Source: Yuukianura sp. NJ FZ-2021 (taxonomy: Eukaryota). Taken from it: 64,000 nucleotides of DNA. The notes beneath the pieces are model-generated. The model was not told where the DNA came from. It worked only from the letters and a program-made list of their open reading frames with translations, and made no database searches. Below, piece by piece: positions 25,587-40,601 of this stretch. The stretch is taken from contig CM102286.1 of assembly GCA_046563655.1 (NCBI GenBank), forward strand, positions 12,214,001 through 12,278,000, in the 5' to 3' direction. Within the stretch, counting starts at the first letter, position 1, and each line of letters starts with the position of its first letter. A program made the translations under genes and the position numbers.

Positions 25587-28500
25587 TTACGCCAGATTGA
25601 TGGTTTTCAATACCTGGCTGGATCCTTTTCCAGCATTCGTTGTAGTAGTACTTCTCGTGGTTGCATTAAATTGAGCTCCCTGTTTCGTTGACACTGATTT
25701 GCTCATCTTAGAACCACCGTGGATGCTGCTTAAGTTTTCGGTAACGTTAAGTCGCGGTGGTTTCACTGGTGGCACTGCTTTGGATTCTCCTGCTCCAAAT
25801 CCAGCCACCTTAACACTTGTGTTGAAGTTCGTAGGGTTCAATCGTCCAATTTTACTTTCTCGTCGTAAAGTTGCAAAAGTGGGCTTCGTAATGACGTCAT
25901 TGTTATCAAATTTCTTCACAAGTTCTTGGACAGATGACCCCCTCTTCATAAGTTTCGGTGTGCTGCCGCTGGATTTCAATTCAGTTTCTTTAACGTTGTG
26001 ATTTCCCGCATTTTCATAGCAACTTGTTAACTTTCTGGACAGCGAAAGGTAAGGAATGTTTGCCTTATTTGGACTTGGGCGAATCATGTCACTCCTCATT
26101 GAAAACGATCTGCCTTTACGTCCAGACGGGGTCGTGACAGTAGGTACCGGAATCGCTGAAACAGTTTCAGTTGCAGCAGCAAAGTTGATGGCTCCACTCG
26201 CTTCTCGTTTCAGTTTCGAAGCGACATAGGATGGATGAGATGCTTGCTGGTGGGAACATTCAGGCTCTGCTACTAGAGTTGCCACTTTTGGTTTCTTCGG
26301 AGACTGTTTTGAATTGGTAACTGAATTGATCGCGAGAGTAGTACGCGGCGGTTTCACGACTTTATTGTCCTTCTGTTCCAGCTTCTTGTCGGCAGTAGTT
26401 TCATTTGGAATGATCAGCGGTGGTCGTGTATAAGAACGCTTAGAAACGCGTCCTTTCTTGTTTATAGTGATGTTCGTGGGAGTAATATCTTCTGGTTGGT
26501 GCGGTTGAGGTGCTGGAACTGGAATTGGAGCTGGGGAATGTGTTATCCCTTGACCTTTGGCTGCTGGACTCGGACGAGGAAGTCCCACTCGTGTCGTATT
26601 GGGTCTGCCACGGCGTAGAGTGCATCGAGTTGGAGAGCGATTCAGTATAACCAGTGACTGAGCAGTTTTTCGTCCTCGGGTTGAAATGGCAGCGGGAGAG
26701 GGCGGTACAGACGAAGATAATGGTTTACTACGTGTTCGTCCCAATGTAGGTGCTGTTACATCAGATTGGCGACGTGGAATATGACCTTGACGACGAGGTC
26801 TGGCACGATATGCATCATTGAATGACTGACACCTTCTCGCTTCTGCTTTGCTAGATCTAGTGGATCTAGTCCTCTTAGCTATGCCATTCTTAGGAGTATC
26901 GTTCTTAGGTGGCTGCAGTTTGATGCGAACAGCCGGCTCTTGGTCGACAGACATCGCAACAGGTTCTTCTGGTACATTTTTAGTAATTTCTTCCGGCTGA
27001 TTTGCTGGGTGGACAGGACTTTCTTCCTGGAGAGCAGCAAGCGTAAGCTCTTTGATGCCTTGGAACATCGGGGTGAAACGTAAAGCTTCAGATTCCATTT
27101 CGGATTCATGCAAGTGTTGTTGCTTGCCATCTTTAACACACAAAACTATCAAAATAATGAATTGAGAATAGAAAACAATTTATAAGTTAACTTTAGCTTG
27201 AACATTTTTACTAACCAGGCGTGTCGAAGTCTTCGATCTCGTTGTTTGGAGTACAAGGGGGTGGACGGGGTGGCTTTTCTGGTGATAAATTTTTAGACTG
27301 CCTTGGTGATATTTTCCTAGGCGATTTTGCTAACGGTAGAATCAGCATCGTTGACTTGGTCTTATCCTTCACTGGAACTTGTGTGTTCTCGGGGAGGTAT
27401 TTCTATGTATACAAGATTTCAATTAAAGTATCCGTCATAGACAATCGCTGCCAACGATTCGCTTGTAAACAGGGTTTCAAATTGTGTAAGAAGTGCTCAC
27501 AGTTGCATTGGTCCTTTGCATCGTCCGTCCCGTTCGTAGTGTGCCAGTTTTAGTTAATTTCAGATTTGCGCTCCCAACATCATCTTGTATATTTGGCCTA
27601 AAAATGATAATTGAGCTTCAAAAACAAATCGAATAACCAAGCAAGTGCAAAAAAAAATCAATTACCTCGGATTTAAGCAAACCGCAGGCGACTGTTGAGC
27701 AATACTTCCGGTTGCGCTGGGTGTTTGAACAGCGGCACCGTATCTCTTTTTGTTCATCATAAGCATTATCCTTGACAGAAAATAAACGCATTCAGTACGT
27801 TTGCACACTCGTAGTAAGAATGCCATGCTCAGTGTTAAAAAACGATTTTGTTACCGATTCTTTGTACTGGTAGAAAGTGGAGTTGCAGCAGTGGAATCAT
27901 TAGTGCGTTTCCTCGATAGTGGCCTGATAATAGGCGTACACATGTCTCCAGGCGTGCAGTATCCTTGAGTTACTATGTTTGATGGCGTTTGAACATTCTT
28001 CCTTGATCTCTTCTTACAAATAAACTCCAGAACTCCTGCGGCAGAATTTAAGGCTCCTGCAATGTCATTGTTAAATTGTTCTGTAGTTAAATAAATGAAT
28101 GTTTAAAAATAAAAATGTTAGCATATGTAGACACATACGATTGAGCGAGCTACTTCGTTTCCTCTTCCTCATGTCACAGTCATCGTCAAGTTCGTCTTCA
28201 GAATTTCTACAAATTGCAGCCACCAAGTCCGCTGCCATACTGCTAGATACAATTCCCAGTCTGTCGCCTGCTTCGATGAGAATCTATTTTGCGATGAAGA
28301 AATATCAGCAGTCAATCATTGCATCAAGTGATGAAGAAAAAAGATTGTCAGTGCCGTTAGACTAACCTTCACAATCTCAACGTGACTGTTTATAAGATCG
28401 CCACAAGAGCTATCGTCGGAGTCCTTCCCGGATTTCTTCGTTGGGATTGATGTCAGAGGCATGATGTTTGGAGCAAACACTATAGCAAGATTTTTGGCAT

Positions 28501-29449
28501 CCATTTTGTTCTTCTCGGAATGTTTGGCGACTTCATGAAGAAACTAAATGACAAAGAAAAAGATTCAACTGATACAAGCTAGCAATTCGCAATTGAAACC
28601 AAAAGGTCAAGGTGTTACCTCCATCAAGTATAACAGAATGTGTAGATGATTCTTTGGTAACAGGAAAACGCACAGTAAAATGGTTTCGTTTCGTTGTGGT
28701 ATCGGGAATTCGAGGCACCTAGAAAAAAAAATCAAAAAAGAATTACCAGTCAGGTTAGGGCAAGCCTCGGATTCACTGTTAACAACTTTTCTTTGACACA
28801 AGACTTTACCGTAAGAACAGAGTATGGAGATTAGGCGGAATTATTGGCACTTCCATCTTCCGTATTAATTGCTTCAAAGCAGAACATACGTCGAACACAG
28901 ATACACTTTCATCAATTTGAGTTTCCAAATCTAGGGTACCCTGCATATTTTACAAAAAGTATTATCACGCGTGATTCAATATGCTGCACGAATTTAAAAC
29001 GTAAGCGTCAACTTACAATTAACGAATTAGTTCGGGCAGTGGAACCAGCGATTCGGAATAAGCCTTGTTCATTCAAATGTTTCGAAATGTAGCCACACAT
29101 TAATGGTAGGAACTTTGGAATTTCAATGTTTACATTGTGGGTCTTAACACAGACTTCAAAGAGCATCTAAAAATAGCAAAAATTAGTAATAAATAACATA
29201 CAATTACACATGAAACAAATGACAATTGGTCCCTACCTGTAGAGAATTATTGGTGACAGTGGATTGGACCGGTGTCCTGGATTTGGCACGGGACTCTCTT
29301 CTTTTTAGCGACGGAACTTGAACTCCGGCTGCCTTCAAGTTTTCAACGGTGACTTGATGCAGCAGTTCCATGTCATCCTTGACTAGTTCCAGTACATGAA
29401 TATTCTTCGGCTCCTTGCAAAGGGTTTCTTGAGATGAAACAGGCTCCAT
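25587..29449 (-). CDS. Rho GTPase-activating protein, ARHGAP11A/RhoGAP54D-like
   Basis: N-terminal GAP domain IPKFLPLMC..EQGLFRIAGS (arginine finger) and NKMDAKNLAIVFAPNIM, followed by a long basic S/T/P-rich tail (exon 25587-~27130). Confidence 0.88.
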
Positions 29450-30110
29450 TTTACGATCTGTCGAACAACAAACTTACAAAATTAAAATTGCAAATTCTGC
29501 GTACATCAAGTTAATCAGAATACATACCTGCCGTGTTTCAATTCCAAACTAATAGTTGAATTGATTTATTAAGGTAGTCGAGGTTTTACAACTGTTTGCG
29601 TTATATCGTTTGTCAGTTGAGTAAGTTCTGGAACACAGGTGATTTGGTTTCGTAGAAAATAAGGTTGAGGTTAGTAGTATATGTTGTCATTCCATTTCTT
29701 TCCCGTTCCGATAATCTTATTAAATTCGAAGTTCAAAGTTCATTAAAGTTTCGTAAAATCTCAGCGATGACCACAACAAAACAATTTCAGTAGCAGAAGA
29801 AGAATAGCTTAATTTGCTGTTTTTTTTTTGTTGCGTGATTTTTTGTTAATTTATTTTGCTCAACTTTTGCGGTTGTTCCAGTGGATTTCCCTCCAAGAAT
29901 TTTTCAAATTTTTTACCATTCCCGCCGGAAACACAGTTCTTCAAAGTGGTAAAAGATAAACTTTTGTACATAAAGTGGTACGCGTCAATTTTCTAAAGTT
30001 AGGAAACATGTTGCAAAAATAATAAATTTTCAAAATTTTAATTGTTCGATTATTGATAATTATTGGCAACACCCTACTACAACTACAACGTCCTAGTTAA
30101 TTCTCGGAAT

Positions 30111-33100
30111 TCAGAAGTGTGACAGTAGGATACATGGAACAAGCGTTCCCGCCTCGATGTGTCGTAACTGCTCACTTCCTTGAGGTAAGCAAACCAAGGC
30201 ATTTGCAGTGACGCAACTGGCCAGTCGACTGCTTGCTTGATTGCCTGTACTATACACAGTTGGAACGTTCGCGTCCTTCTCCCATGTAATGTGACCCCTG
30301 TGATACTCCGGACGTGTCACATCCAGTTGTAGAGTTTCACCTACCTGATTCGATGATTTGAGAATTTTAGCTTGCGAGACGTGTGTAGCAAACTTAAAAC
30401 TTGAAATTCACATTAAATCTTACGGCAGCTTTAACCCTGAAAGGAACTGGAGTACTCCATCCCGACAGTTTTCTGCATGCGGGAATAACAAACAATAGAG
30501 CAGTGACTGTAGCGGAAACTGGATTTCCAGGGAGTCCAAAGAACAATTTCTTCACTCCGTTGAAGACTGTGGTCGCAAACTTTGTTGGTTTTCTGAAACA
30601 ATACAGAAGTTGCTCAGTTTTTCAGGTTCTGACTTCAACACTTAATTAAACGTTTTTATAGTGTTGCTTTCTTAAACTCACCCAGGCTTCATCAGCACAC
30701 TTCCGAAATGAATCTCCGCTTGGATATCTTGAAGTAGAACTTGTTTAAGAAAATCGCGTTCACCCATTGATACTCCGCCAGTTGAAACGACAATGTCCGC
30801 CACTTGTAGAGCTTCCAGCAGCTTGTTGTAAACCTCATCTGGCCTGAAACAAACACAGTTAAAGTTAATTATCAGTGATAATTTATCACTGTATTCCTAC
30901 AATTTCCACTTGAAAAAGTAATAAGAAATAAGATGCAAACCACTGTAGTTAAACTTACGAATCTCTGGCGATACCAACGTCAACTGTCTCATAGCCTTCT
31001 TCATGGAATATTGCTTTAAGCGTCGTTTTGTTGCTGTCTCTAATTTTTCCGGGTGTGAGCTCTCCATCCCGCGGATCTTCAATTTCATTTCCAGTAGACA
31101 AAATTGCAATAATTGGCTTCCTAACAATAACAAACATTGAGGTTAACACTGAATAAATCAATTATTTTTCAAGTTAGTCAAGGACTCAAGTAATCCAGAA
31201 GCTTACTTGAAAACGGAAACTTTGGAAGCTCCTACAGCAGCCAGGATTCCTAGTTCAGCCGGACCAAGACGAATTCCTCGCTGGAGAACAATCTTGTTAA
31301 CCGGGATATCGCTGCCAATTTCTCTACAAACAGAAACCAAAACTTATGAATAAGTTTCAACTGACTACTAATCACATAAATCTTTAAGCATTTCTGCACC
31401 TAATGTCCTGTCCAACCTCCGGTTGAACTAAAAGTCGAATTGTTTTTTCTTCTTCACCATCCTCCGACGTTTCAACAAGTTCAGTACTTTCAACTTGTAC
31501 AACGGCGTCTGCTCCGTGTGGCAAAGGTGCTCCAGTACTAATTCTCATACAACTTTCAGTAAACAACATGAGACTCTCCGGTTTGTCTCCAGCAGTCGAA
31601 CCACCAAAAACGTTCAACACGCCCATCTTCATTCCCTCACTTACTTTCACAGCATATCCATCCTTGATGGAAGCACGGAACGGTGGAAGCGGGTCTCTCG
31701 CGCGAACATCTTCAGCCAAGATGTAACCCAGTGCTTCACTGCAAAAAAAAATTACATTTAACATGCACGTCCAATTACGAAAATAAATGAACCAACCTGA
31801 ATGGAATAATTTCCACTCGAGTATGTGCAGAATGTTGTAAAATAATTTCCTGAGCTGCCGTTACTTCTATTGGAGTGTATTCAGACTTTCTTTGGCGACC
31901 AGCAACGTTATCAGCATCAACTTTACTCTAAAACGAAATCGAAATCGAGATGTAACCAGAATCAGAAAATGACAAAATAATTAGGATGTGCGTTTACCTT
32001 ACTGTGATGCTGATGACCATGGTAGTGGTGATGATGATGTGAATGGGAATGTTGCGCATGACATGAAGATGACTTCTGAAGTGCCATTCCTTCATGCGTT
32101 TCCTTAACGCTTGGTAGTTTGTTCCGGATGAGGTCAGCGGCATGCTGAAGCTGGTCAATAACAACGTTCAGGCTTTCGACAGATCCTTTGGCGCTTCCAG
32201 GCAAATTTATGATCAGTGTATTCTTTCGAACGCCACACACGGGTCTGCAACACATAAGTTATCATGCAGCGAACTCCTTTTTTGTACAACGTATTAGAAA
32301 AATTTAGTAAAGATACCTGGACAACATTGCCATTTTCGTTATTTCCAACGACTTTGTAAGGATTGCCACCACCACTCCCGGCGCTTCCTTGTCCAAAATG
32401 GCTTTTGTCGCTTCCGGAGTGACATCACGCGGAGCAAAACCGGTTCCACCCGTTGTCAAAATAATATCCAGGTCATCAGCGTTACTCCAACTGACAAGCG
32501 CAGTCTTCAACAAAAAGAAAAACTAATTAGTATTTCCAGTTTTTAGTAAATTCAGTCAGCTCGAGTTTAAAAATTGGGTCGAAGTAAACTTGGGCCCCCC
32601 GCCTGTCCCCACCCGTTCAAATCTTCGCGCTGCTTCAATTGTCCCCACCCATTGTACCCACCTGGTGGGGACAAATGTCCCCACTTGGTGGGGGCAAATG
32701 TGTACCCACCAACCCTACACCGAGTCCCCCTGGCGTCTGAAGTGGAACTAGCGAATTCGAGCTGGCAACGTTGTAACATTTCTCCATTGTCCCCACCCAG
32801 GGCAGATTTAATCAACATAGCGAAACACAATAACTTATAACTTACAGACGTAATCAGTATTGCGTGCTTAACCAAACCTAACGCCGCGCCTTCGGCGCGG
32901 GAAAATATAACAGGATTAACCTAATCAAAAAGGAAAAAAACGTTGCCAGCTTGAATTCAGAGGTTACTGTATTGCCGCTAGGTGGACGTGCCGCTTTTGA
33001 TTGTGGTGGGGACAAATGCATCCATCCGGTGGGGACACTGGGTGGGTACAATGGGAGCAGCGCGAAAATTTGAACGGGTGGGGACAGGCGGGGGGCCCAA

Positions 33101-33412
33101 GTTTACTTCAACCAAAAATTGCAATCTCAGTGCTTGCTTGCCTGTATCTGCAAAACGTCGTCCGGGACACAATGACGCTTCACAACACTTCCAGCGCCTC
33201 TTGTGATTTCAATATACTTTTGCAGTTCGGGTCCACTTCGATCCTCAGCTTGTCGCTGGTAACAGCTATCGCTCACTAACAAAAAAAACGTTATCATGCT
33301 TAGTACTCATGTCACTTGCTAAATCTCTAGGTTTATCACTAATTTTAATAACATAAGTTAAGTACATACCAGTCAGAATTCCAAAGCGCAGCGTCCCGAT
33401 TTCCTGTGCCAT
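30111..33412 (-). CDS. GPHN: Gephyrin / molybdenum cofactor synthesis protein cinnamon (MogA G-domain plus MoeA E-domain)
   Basis: GILT|VSDS..DRSGP, ILTTGGTGFAPRDVTPEAT, IINLPGS, LPPFRASIKDGYAV, ILSTGNE, STGGVSMGERDF, FGLPGNPVSA and STGNQASSRL. Confidence 0.96.
32577..33113. mobile_element. Non-autonomous DNA transposon (537 bp) with GG..CC termini and an 8-bp TSD; Merlin- or MULE-like; in gephyrin intron 2
   Basis: TIR GGT(C/T)GAAGTAAACTTGGGCCCCCCGCCTGTCCCCACCCGTTCAAAT.TTCGCGCTGCT (~58 bp) plus subterminal TGTCCCCACC repeats. AAAAATTG at 32569-32576 and 33114-33121. Confidence 0.92.
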
Positions 33413-34023
33413 TTTAAATTGAAAATCTCTAACCAATTGAGAAAACAAAAACTTTCAATTGAAAACACTATTGTAACTTTCTATATATTGAAAGTGATTT
33501 GACTTGACTCCCTCCGCCAAGTCTCAAGGTCAAGCACCAGATATGCCTATTTATAGCCACTATTATGCAAACGTTAATAACTTCAACTGAAAAGAGAAGT
33601 GAAGTCCGACCTTGCTCTATTCAAGTTTGACCTTCTGGACATCCTTTTTAAGTTTTAACTGGTTTTAAGTAACCACACCACAGGATGCATGAAATGTTGC
33701 AGTTTATTTGTACTATTAGCATGCATTAGGCATTGTAAGTGGTGTGCCAGGATAATAATTATTAAAGATTGTTGTCAAACTGATCAGCTGGTGTCTTCAG
33801 CGCACTTATGACTTAAGCCGTTTTCGATTCGACGTTTTCTTATTCAAAAAAATTAAAATTACGAAATTGGGGTTAAAACTGGCCGAAGGCCGAGTCATAG
33901 ATTAATTGTAAATTAATTGAGAGAGTAAATTAGTTGATGGTGAGCTGTGAATCGTGTAACGAGATCCAATCGAGCGAATGAGGTACGAAACAAAAATGGC
34001 ACGACGACAGGCTTATTTAGGCT

Positions 34024-36493
<2,470 letters not shown>

Positions 36494-37240
36494 CCACTAG
36501 TTACAGGCCGATGGGCTCCAGAAAGTGAGCATTCCTGTCAGTTTCATTATCCAGTGCATATTGGAACGTCGATTCGATCCTTTCCAGATGCTTTTCCGTT
36601 ACCGTAGAAAGTAACTCTCCACTTTTGGGATAATTTTAGTTTTTCGTTCGCGTTTATCCTGAAACATCAACATTACATCAATAACTTATAATTTTATAGA
36701 AGCACATGAAAAAATAAGTTGACATATGCTCTTGTTGAGACTGTGAGTCCTACGTTAAGACCTTACAAAACATCTTACCTTTCATAGTAAAATTTTTCCG
36801 ATTTGGACCTAGGAAATACAGTTGGAATGAGAGGAATAATTTGTTCCCTAATAAAGAAACGTACTCTTTTAAATCAAATTCGTCCGTGCCTCTAGCGCTG
36901 ATGAACGACCACGAAAAAACTGATGACAAATTGAAATAAAGCGGAGCAAACAATTAACACGTTAAATTGGTTAAATTGAAAAAAAAGAGCAGTAAACGTA
37001 GTCGTTGACCTGACCCGTCGTCGTTTTTCCATTGTAAAACTTGTAAGTTTATGAAGAACAATAATGGTAAAAATTGCATATCAACCGAGCCACCAACAAC
37101 ACCATTCCGATATGGGCATTGACAGTTTTACTTTGAATTCATTGAAGAAAATTACGTTTTTGTTTTAGTAAATTACGATTCTGTTTTGTGAAGCGTTGAG
37201 TTGTTCTTGTTGGTAGTTTTGAAAGAATTTTGGAGAAGAT

Positions 37241-39757
37241 TTAGCACAAGTGATGGTAGACAAGGTGAAGATCGGTGGCATATCCAAAGATCAACTTCTT
37301 TTCCACAACTTCTTTGTTCGTTTCATGTAGGTGGTGAACGTTGTGGAGAGCGCGAAGATTGAAAACACATGGGTTACGGAAGCCATTGGGATGAGCCAGG
37401 ACGATTTTGGATCTTTTGGCCTTGACAGCTTCCATAATGAATTTGCGCACTTTGGATCCACCGAACAGTTTGACCCCCAATTCAACGAAATAGAACTCGT
37501 CAATGTTTACTTTCTCTTCACTTAACTTCGTCTTGAGCTTATCAAGATCTAAAAAAGACATAAGTTAGGTGCCAAGAAAACATGTTGTCTGTCAAAAAAA
37601 ATTTTAAAAACAAACTTCACTTACAGTTCCTTGTAACAATCGCAGCATCAATAATGCTTCCGGTACTGCGTCCAAAGATAGTCAGTTCACTTCCACGAAT
37701 CAGCACGAGTGCATTTCCATCCTTACTCAAATGAATTTTGGTCGGTTCACCCGACGAAAGGGTAATGTAAGAGATAGACGTTTCCTTGTAATTGGCCTCA
37801 TTGAATCCACCGCATTCTCCAAAGAAACGATTACGTTTCTTCCAATTGTCATCATTGAATCCAACGGATTCTCCAAAGAAACGACTGCAAACGGCCTCCA
37901 CGCAGGCGCGGTTGTCAATCAGAGTTGGTGGTCCAGGCTCGGCGTCCAAAGCAGCTTCAATGTACTTTTCAAACTAAAATTGTATATGAAAACAGTAAGA
38001 AAATTCAAGTTTTTCATTTTTTGAGAACAAAAACCTCACCTCTTCCTTTGGAATGTCTTGCTTAACCGAGTATTTTGGATCCTTAGTGGGTGGCCAGGGG
38101 TCGTCACATGTCTTTTCAACGGTCTGGTTCCAGGTCAACATCACGCTGACGAATGCACTGGCCAGGATGCATCTGCGTGGTGGGTAGTGACGCCACGAAC
38201 GGAACGGAATGCACCAGTGCGGACATCCCCATGAGTACGCCCCCCATTTAAATTTCCAGCCACCTCTCTCAGCAAAAGTTGGAATCCGCTGACATTGCTG
38301 CAGTGCATTGTAGCAGGCTGTTGCGCCTGTGATAAAACAAAAGTTAGATTAGCGAATAGCGATGTACCAAGTCCTCGAAATCATGAAATAACTAAAAAAT
38401 CCTCTTAAGCTAAAAAACTTCGTCAGTCACTTACAAACACTGTTCGACTTGATGGGTTTTTTGTTGTTGTCAAATCCCGTGACTGAATCTTCTTCAGTTT
38501 CGTCGTTACTGTTTTCCTTGTCATCTTGTTCGAGTGAATTGGTCAGTTTTTCGTAGCGTTTGTAAACATGGTGAAGGTCAGACGCATAGTCTTGTAGCAA
38601 TTTGTTTTCAACATTTTCTGAATTCACTTGGTTCGGCTTTTCAAGATCGTAACGGATACGCAGGCGAAGAGAACGTGAGCCTTCATCATTTTCATCATCA
38701 AGAAGACAGATTTTCGATCCTTTTGACTTGACAGCCTTCTTAATACACTGCAGAGCTTTGCAACTGCCAAACAACTTGACACCCAGTTCAACATTCTTGT
38801 AGTTTTCAATGCAGCCAGCATTCTCGTCATTCAGCTTCTTCTTGAGCTTGTCAAGATCTAGCGTAAAACATTTAAAAAGAAAGTTAGAGTCATTGCATTT
38901 AGATTTTTAAAGATTTATTTCGTTATTCTTGAGAGAGCATGATACTTACAAGTTTCTACTTGAAGAGCAGCATCATTAATGCTTGTAGTACTGCGTCCAA
39001 AGACAGTCAACTCATTATCAGTCGTTCCACCAATCAGCACAAGCGTATTTCCGTCTTTGCTCAGATGAATCTTCTCCGGTTCCCGCCAAAGAGCGCAGTG
39101 CACCGATGGCCCTGGTTCGTTCCAGACGTCATGGCGACTCCCAAGTCGACCAGATCCTCCCAAAAATCTACTGATAACTGCCTCCCGGCATGCCCGATTT
39201 TCAATCAAAGTCGGTCCAGGCTTCACATCAGACAATTTTTCAACGAAGTCGGAAGACTGAAAATTATAGTCGTAAACATAATTAGAACCTTTAAAATTGA
39301 AACTTTTTTGTTTTCAATTTGTAAAAATAGCTATCCATACCTTATTGATAGGCGAAGTAGCCTTCAAGTGCAACCAAAACGTCTCATCTGACCACGAATC
39401 ATCATATGTGTCTTCCACAGTCAGTTCCCAGTTGAACGTCACACTTAGGAATGCACTGTTCAGAATGACTTCCTGTGCTGGTGCTGCACCATGGCAACAC
39501 AAACGGCAGGGAACACACCACATCGGACATCCGGATTTGGACTCCTGCTCCATGTCCAAGTCGTTTGTGTCTGCCTCACTGAACGTTGGAATACGATCAC
39601 ATCGGTTCAGTGCTTCGTAACATGCTTTTGCGCCTGCAACAAAAAAAAAGTTTTACATTATGCCATTGAAATAAGCTTCCAGTATAAGTTTTGGTATGTT
39701 ACGTTCGGTATCAACGTTTTTGTCCATTGTGCCTTCCTGGACAGTATTTGCGGCCAT
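37241..39757 (-). CDS. Uncharacterised protein made of two tandem copies of an unrecognised 3-exon domain (7 exons in all)
   Basis: Exons ~39703-39757, 39341-39633, 38949-39258, 38435-38857, 38040-38326, 37625-37973 and 37241-37548 join in frame through GT-AG. Exons 2-4 and 5-7 are mutually homologous. Confidence 0.75.
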
Positions 39758-39872
39758 TTCTTTTTGAGAATCAGGATCTATTGAAATGAACATACTGTGG
39801 TTAGTAACAAAGCTTAAAAGCGGACTAGATGATAAGATAACTGTTAAGTCATTAAACGGAAATCGTACACGC

Positions 39873-40048
39873 AAATGCTTCCCGAGTTAACTTTCACTTT
39901 CACCAATAGTTAAGTATGCTAATTCCTTATGGCAAAGTTAGGTTATAAAAGACCTAAAATTTTTTCAATTTTTTATACCACAACTTTGGCATAAGGAATT
40001 AGCATAGTTAACTATTGGTGAAAGTGAAAGTTAACTCTGGAAGCATTT
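39873..40048. mobile_element. Foldback/MITE-like element with ~78-bp inverted arms and a ~20-bp spacer
   Basis: AAATGCTTCCCGAGTTAACTTTCACTTTCACCAATAGTTAAGTATGCTAATTCCTTATGGCAAAGTT pairs with 39984-40048 with few mismatches. Confidence 0.8.
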
Positions 40049-40601
40049 CCGTAAATCGTACCAAAGTTCAAATTTTCCACGATGGGATAGATACGTTTGA
40101 AGTTGCGCGTCGTTTTCATACCTACTACTACCACGGTCAAGTGAAATCACAAGAGCGGGTGAACAAGTTCCAGAAAAATGTCAAGCCTGTACAGGAACGA
40201 CTGCGACTGATTCAAAATGAGAGTTGCGCTTTGTTGAAGGAGTGCCGAGTGCGAGTGCGTCTTCTTCACTTTCAGAGTCACTGAACATAAATATTCATCT
40301 GTCCAAACAGAATGTTGTAAGTAACAAAGTTGTGTCGCGATGGCAACGTTTTTCAAATAGTTCCTGATTTTAATATTTTATATTCTATTTACCTTGGGAG
40401 CAAACCTCAACAAAATTTCAAGATGTGTTTATATATAAACAATCTAAATATAACCTTGGCGATGAATCTGGTAAAAAAAAAGTTGACGCCATGTTTATAT
40501 TTTGAACTTTCCCGCCGAAAAAAATCGGGTTTTGGTGAAAATCCATTTTGAAAATTTCGCAATATCATCATCATCGCTTAAACTTCCGTACATTGGACAA
40601 G

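Noticed and set aside
32247..32317. Gephyrin intron with a GTATCTTT donor resembling a U12 5' splice site
   Set aside because: No TCCTTAAC-like branch point is visible near the acceptor, so it is treated as U2-type.
32567..33279. ORFs on opposite strands sharing the peptide LNGWGQAGGPSLL
   Set aside because: They are translations of the MITE's terminal inverted repeats, not genes.
33808..33899. TATGACT..AGTCATA ends with a GGCCGAAGGCC hairpin
   Set aside because: The inverted match is only ~7 bp and cannot be told from chance.
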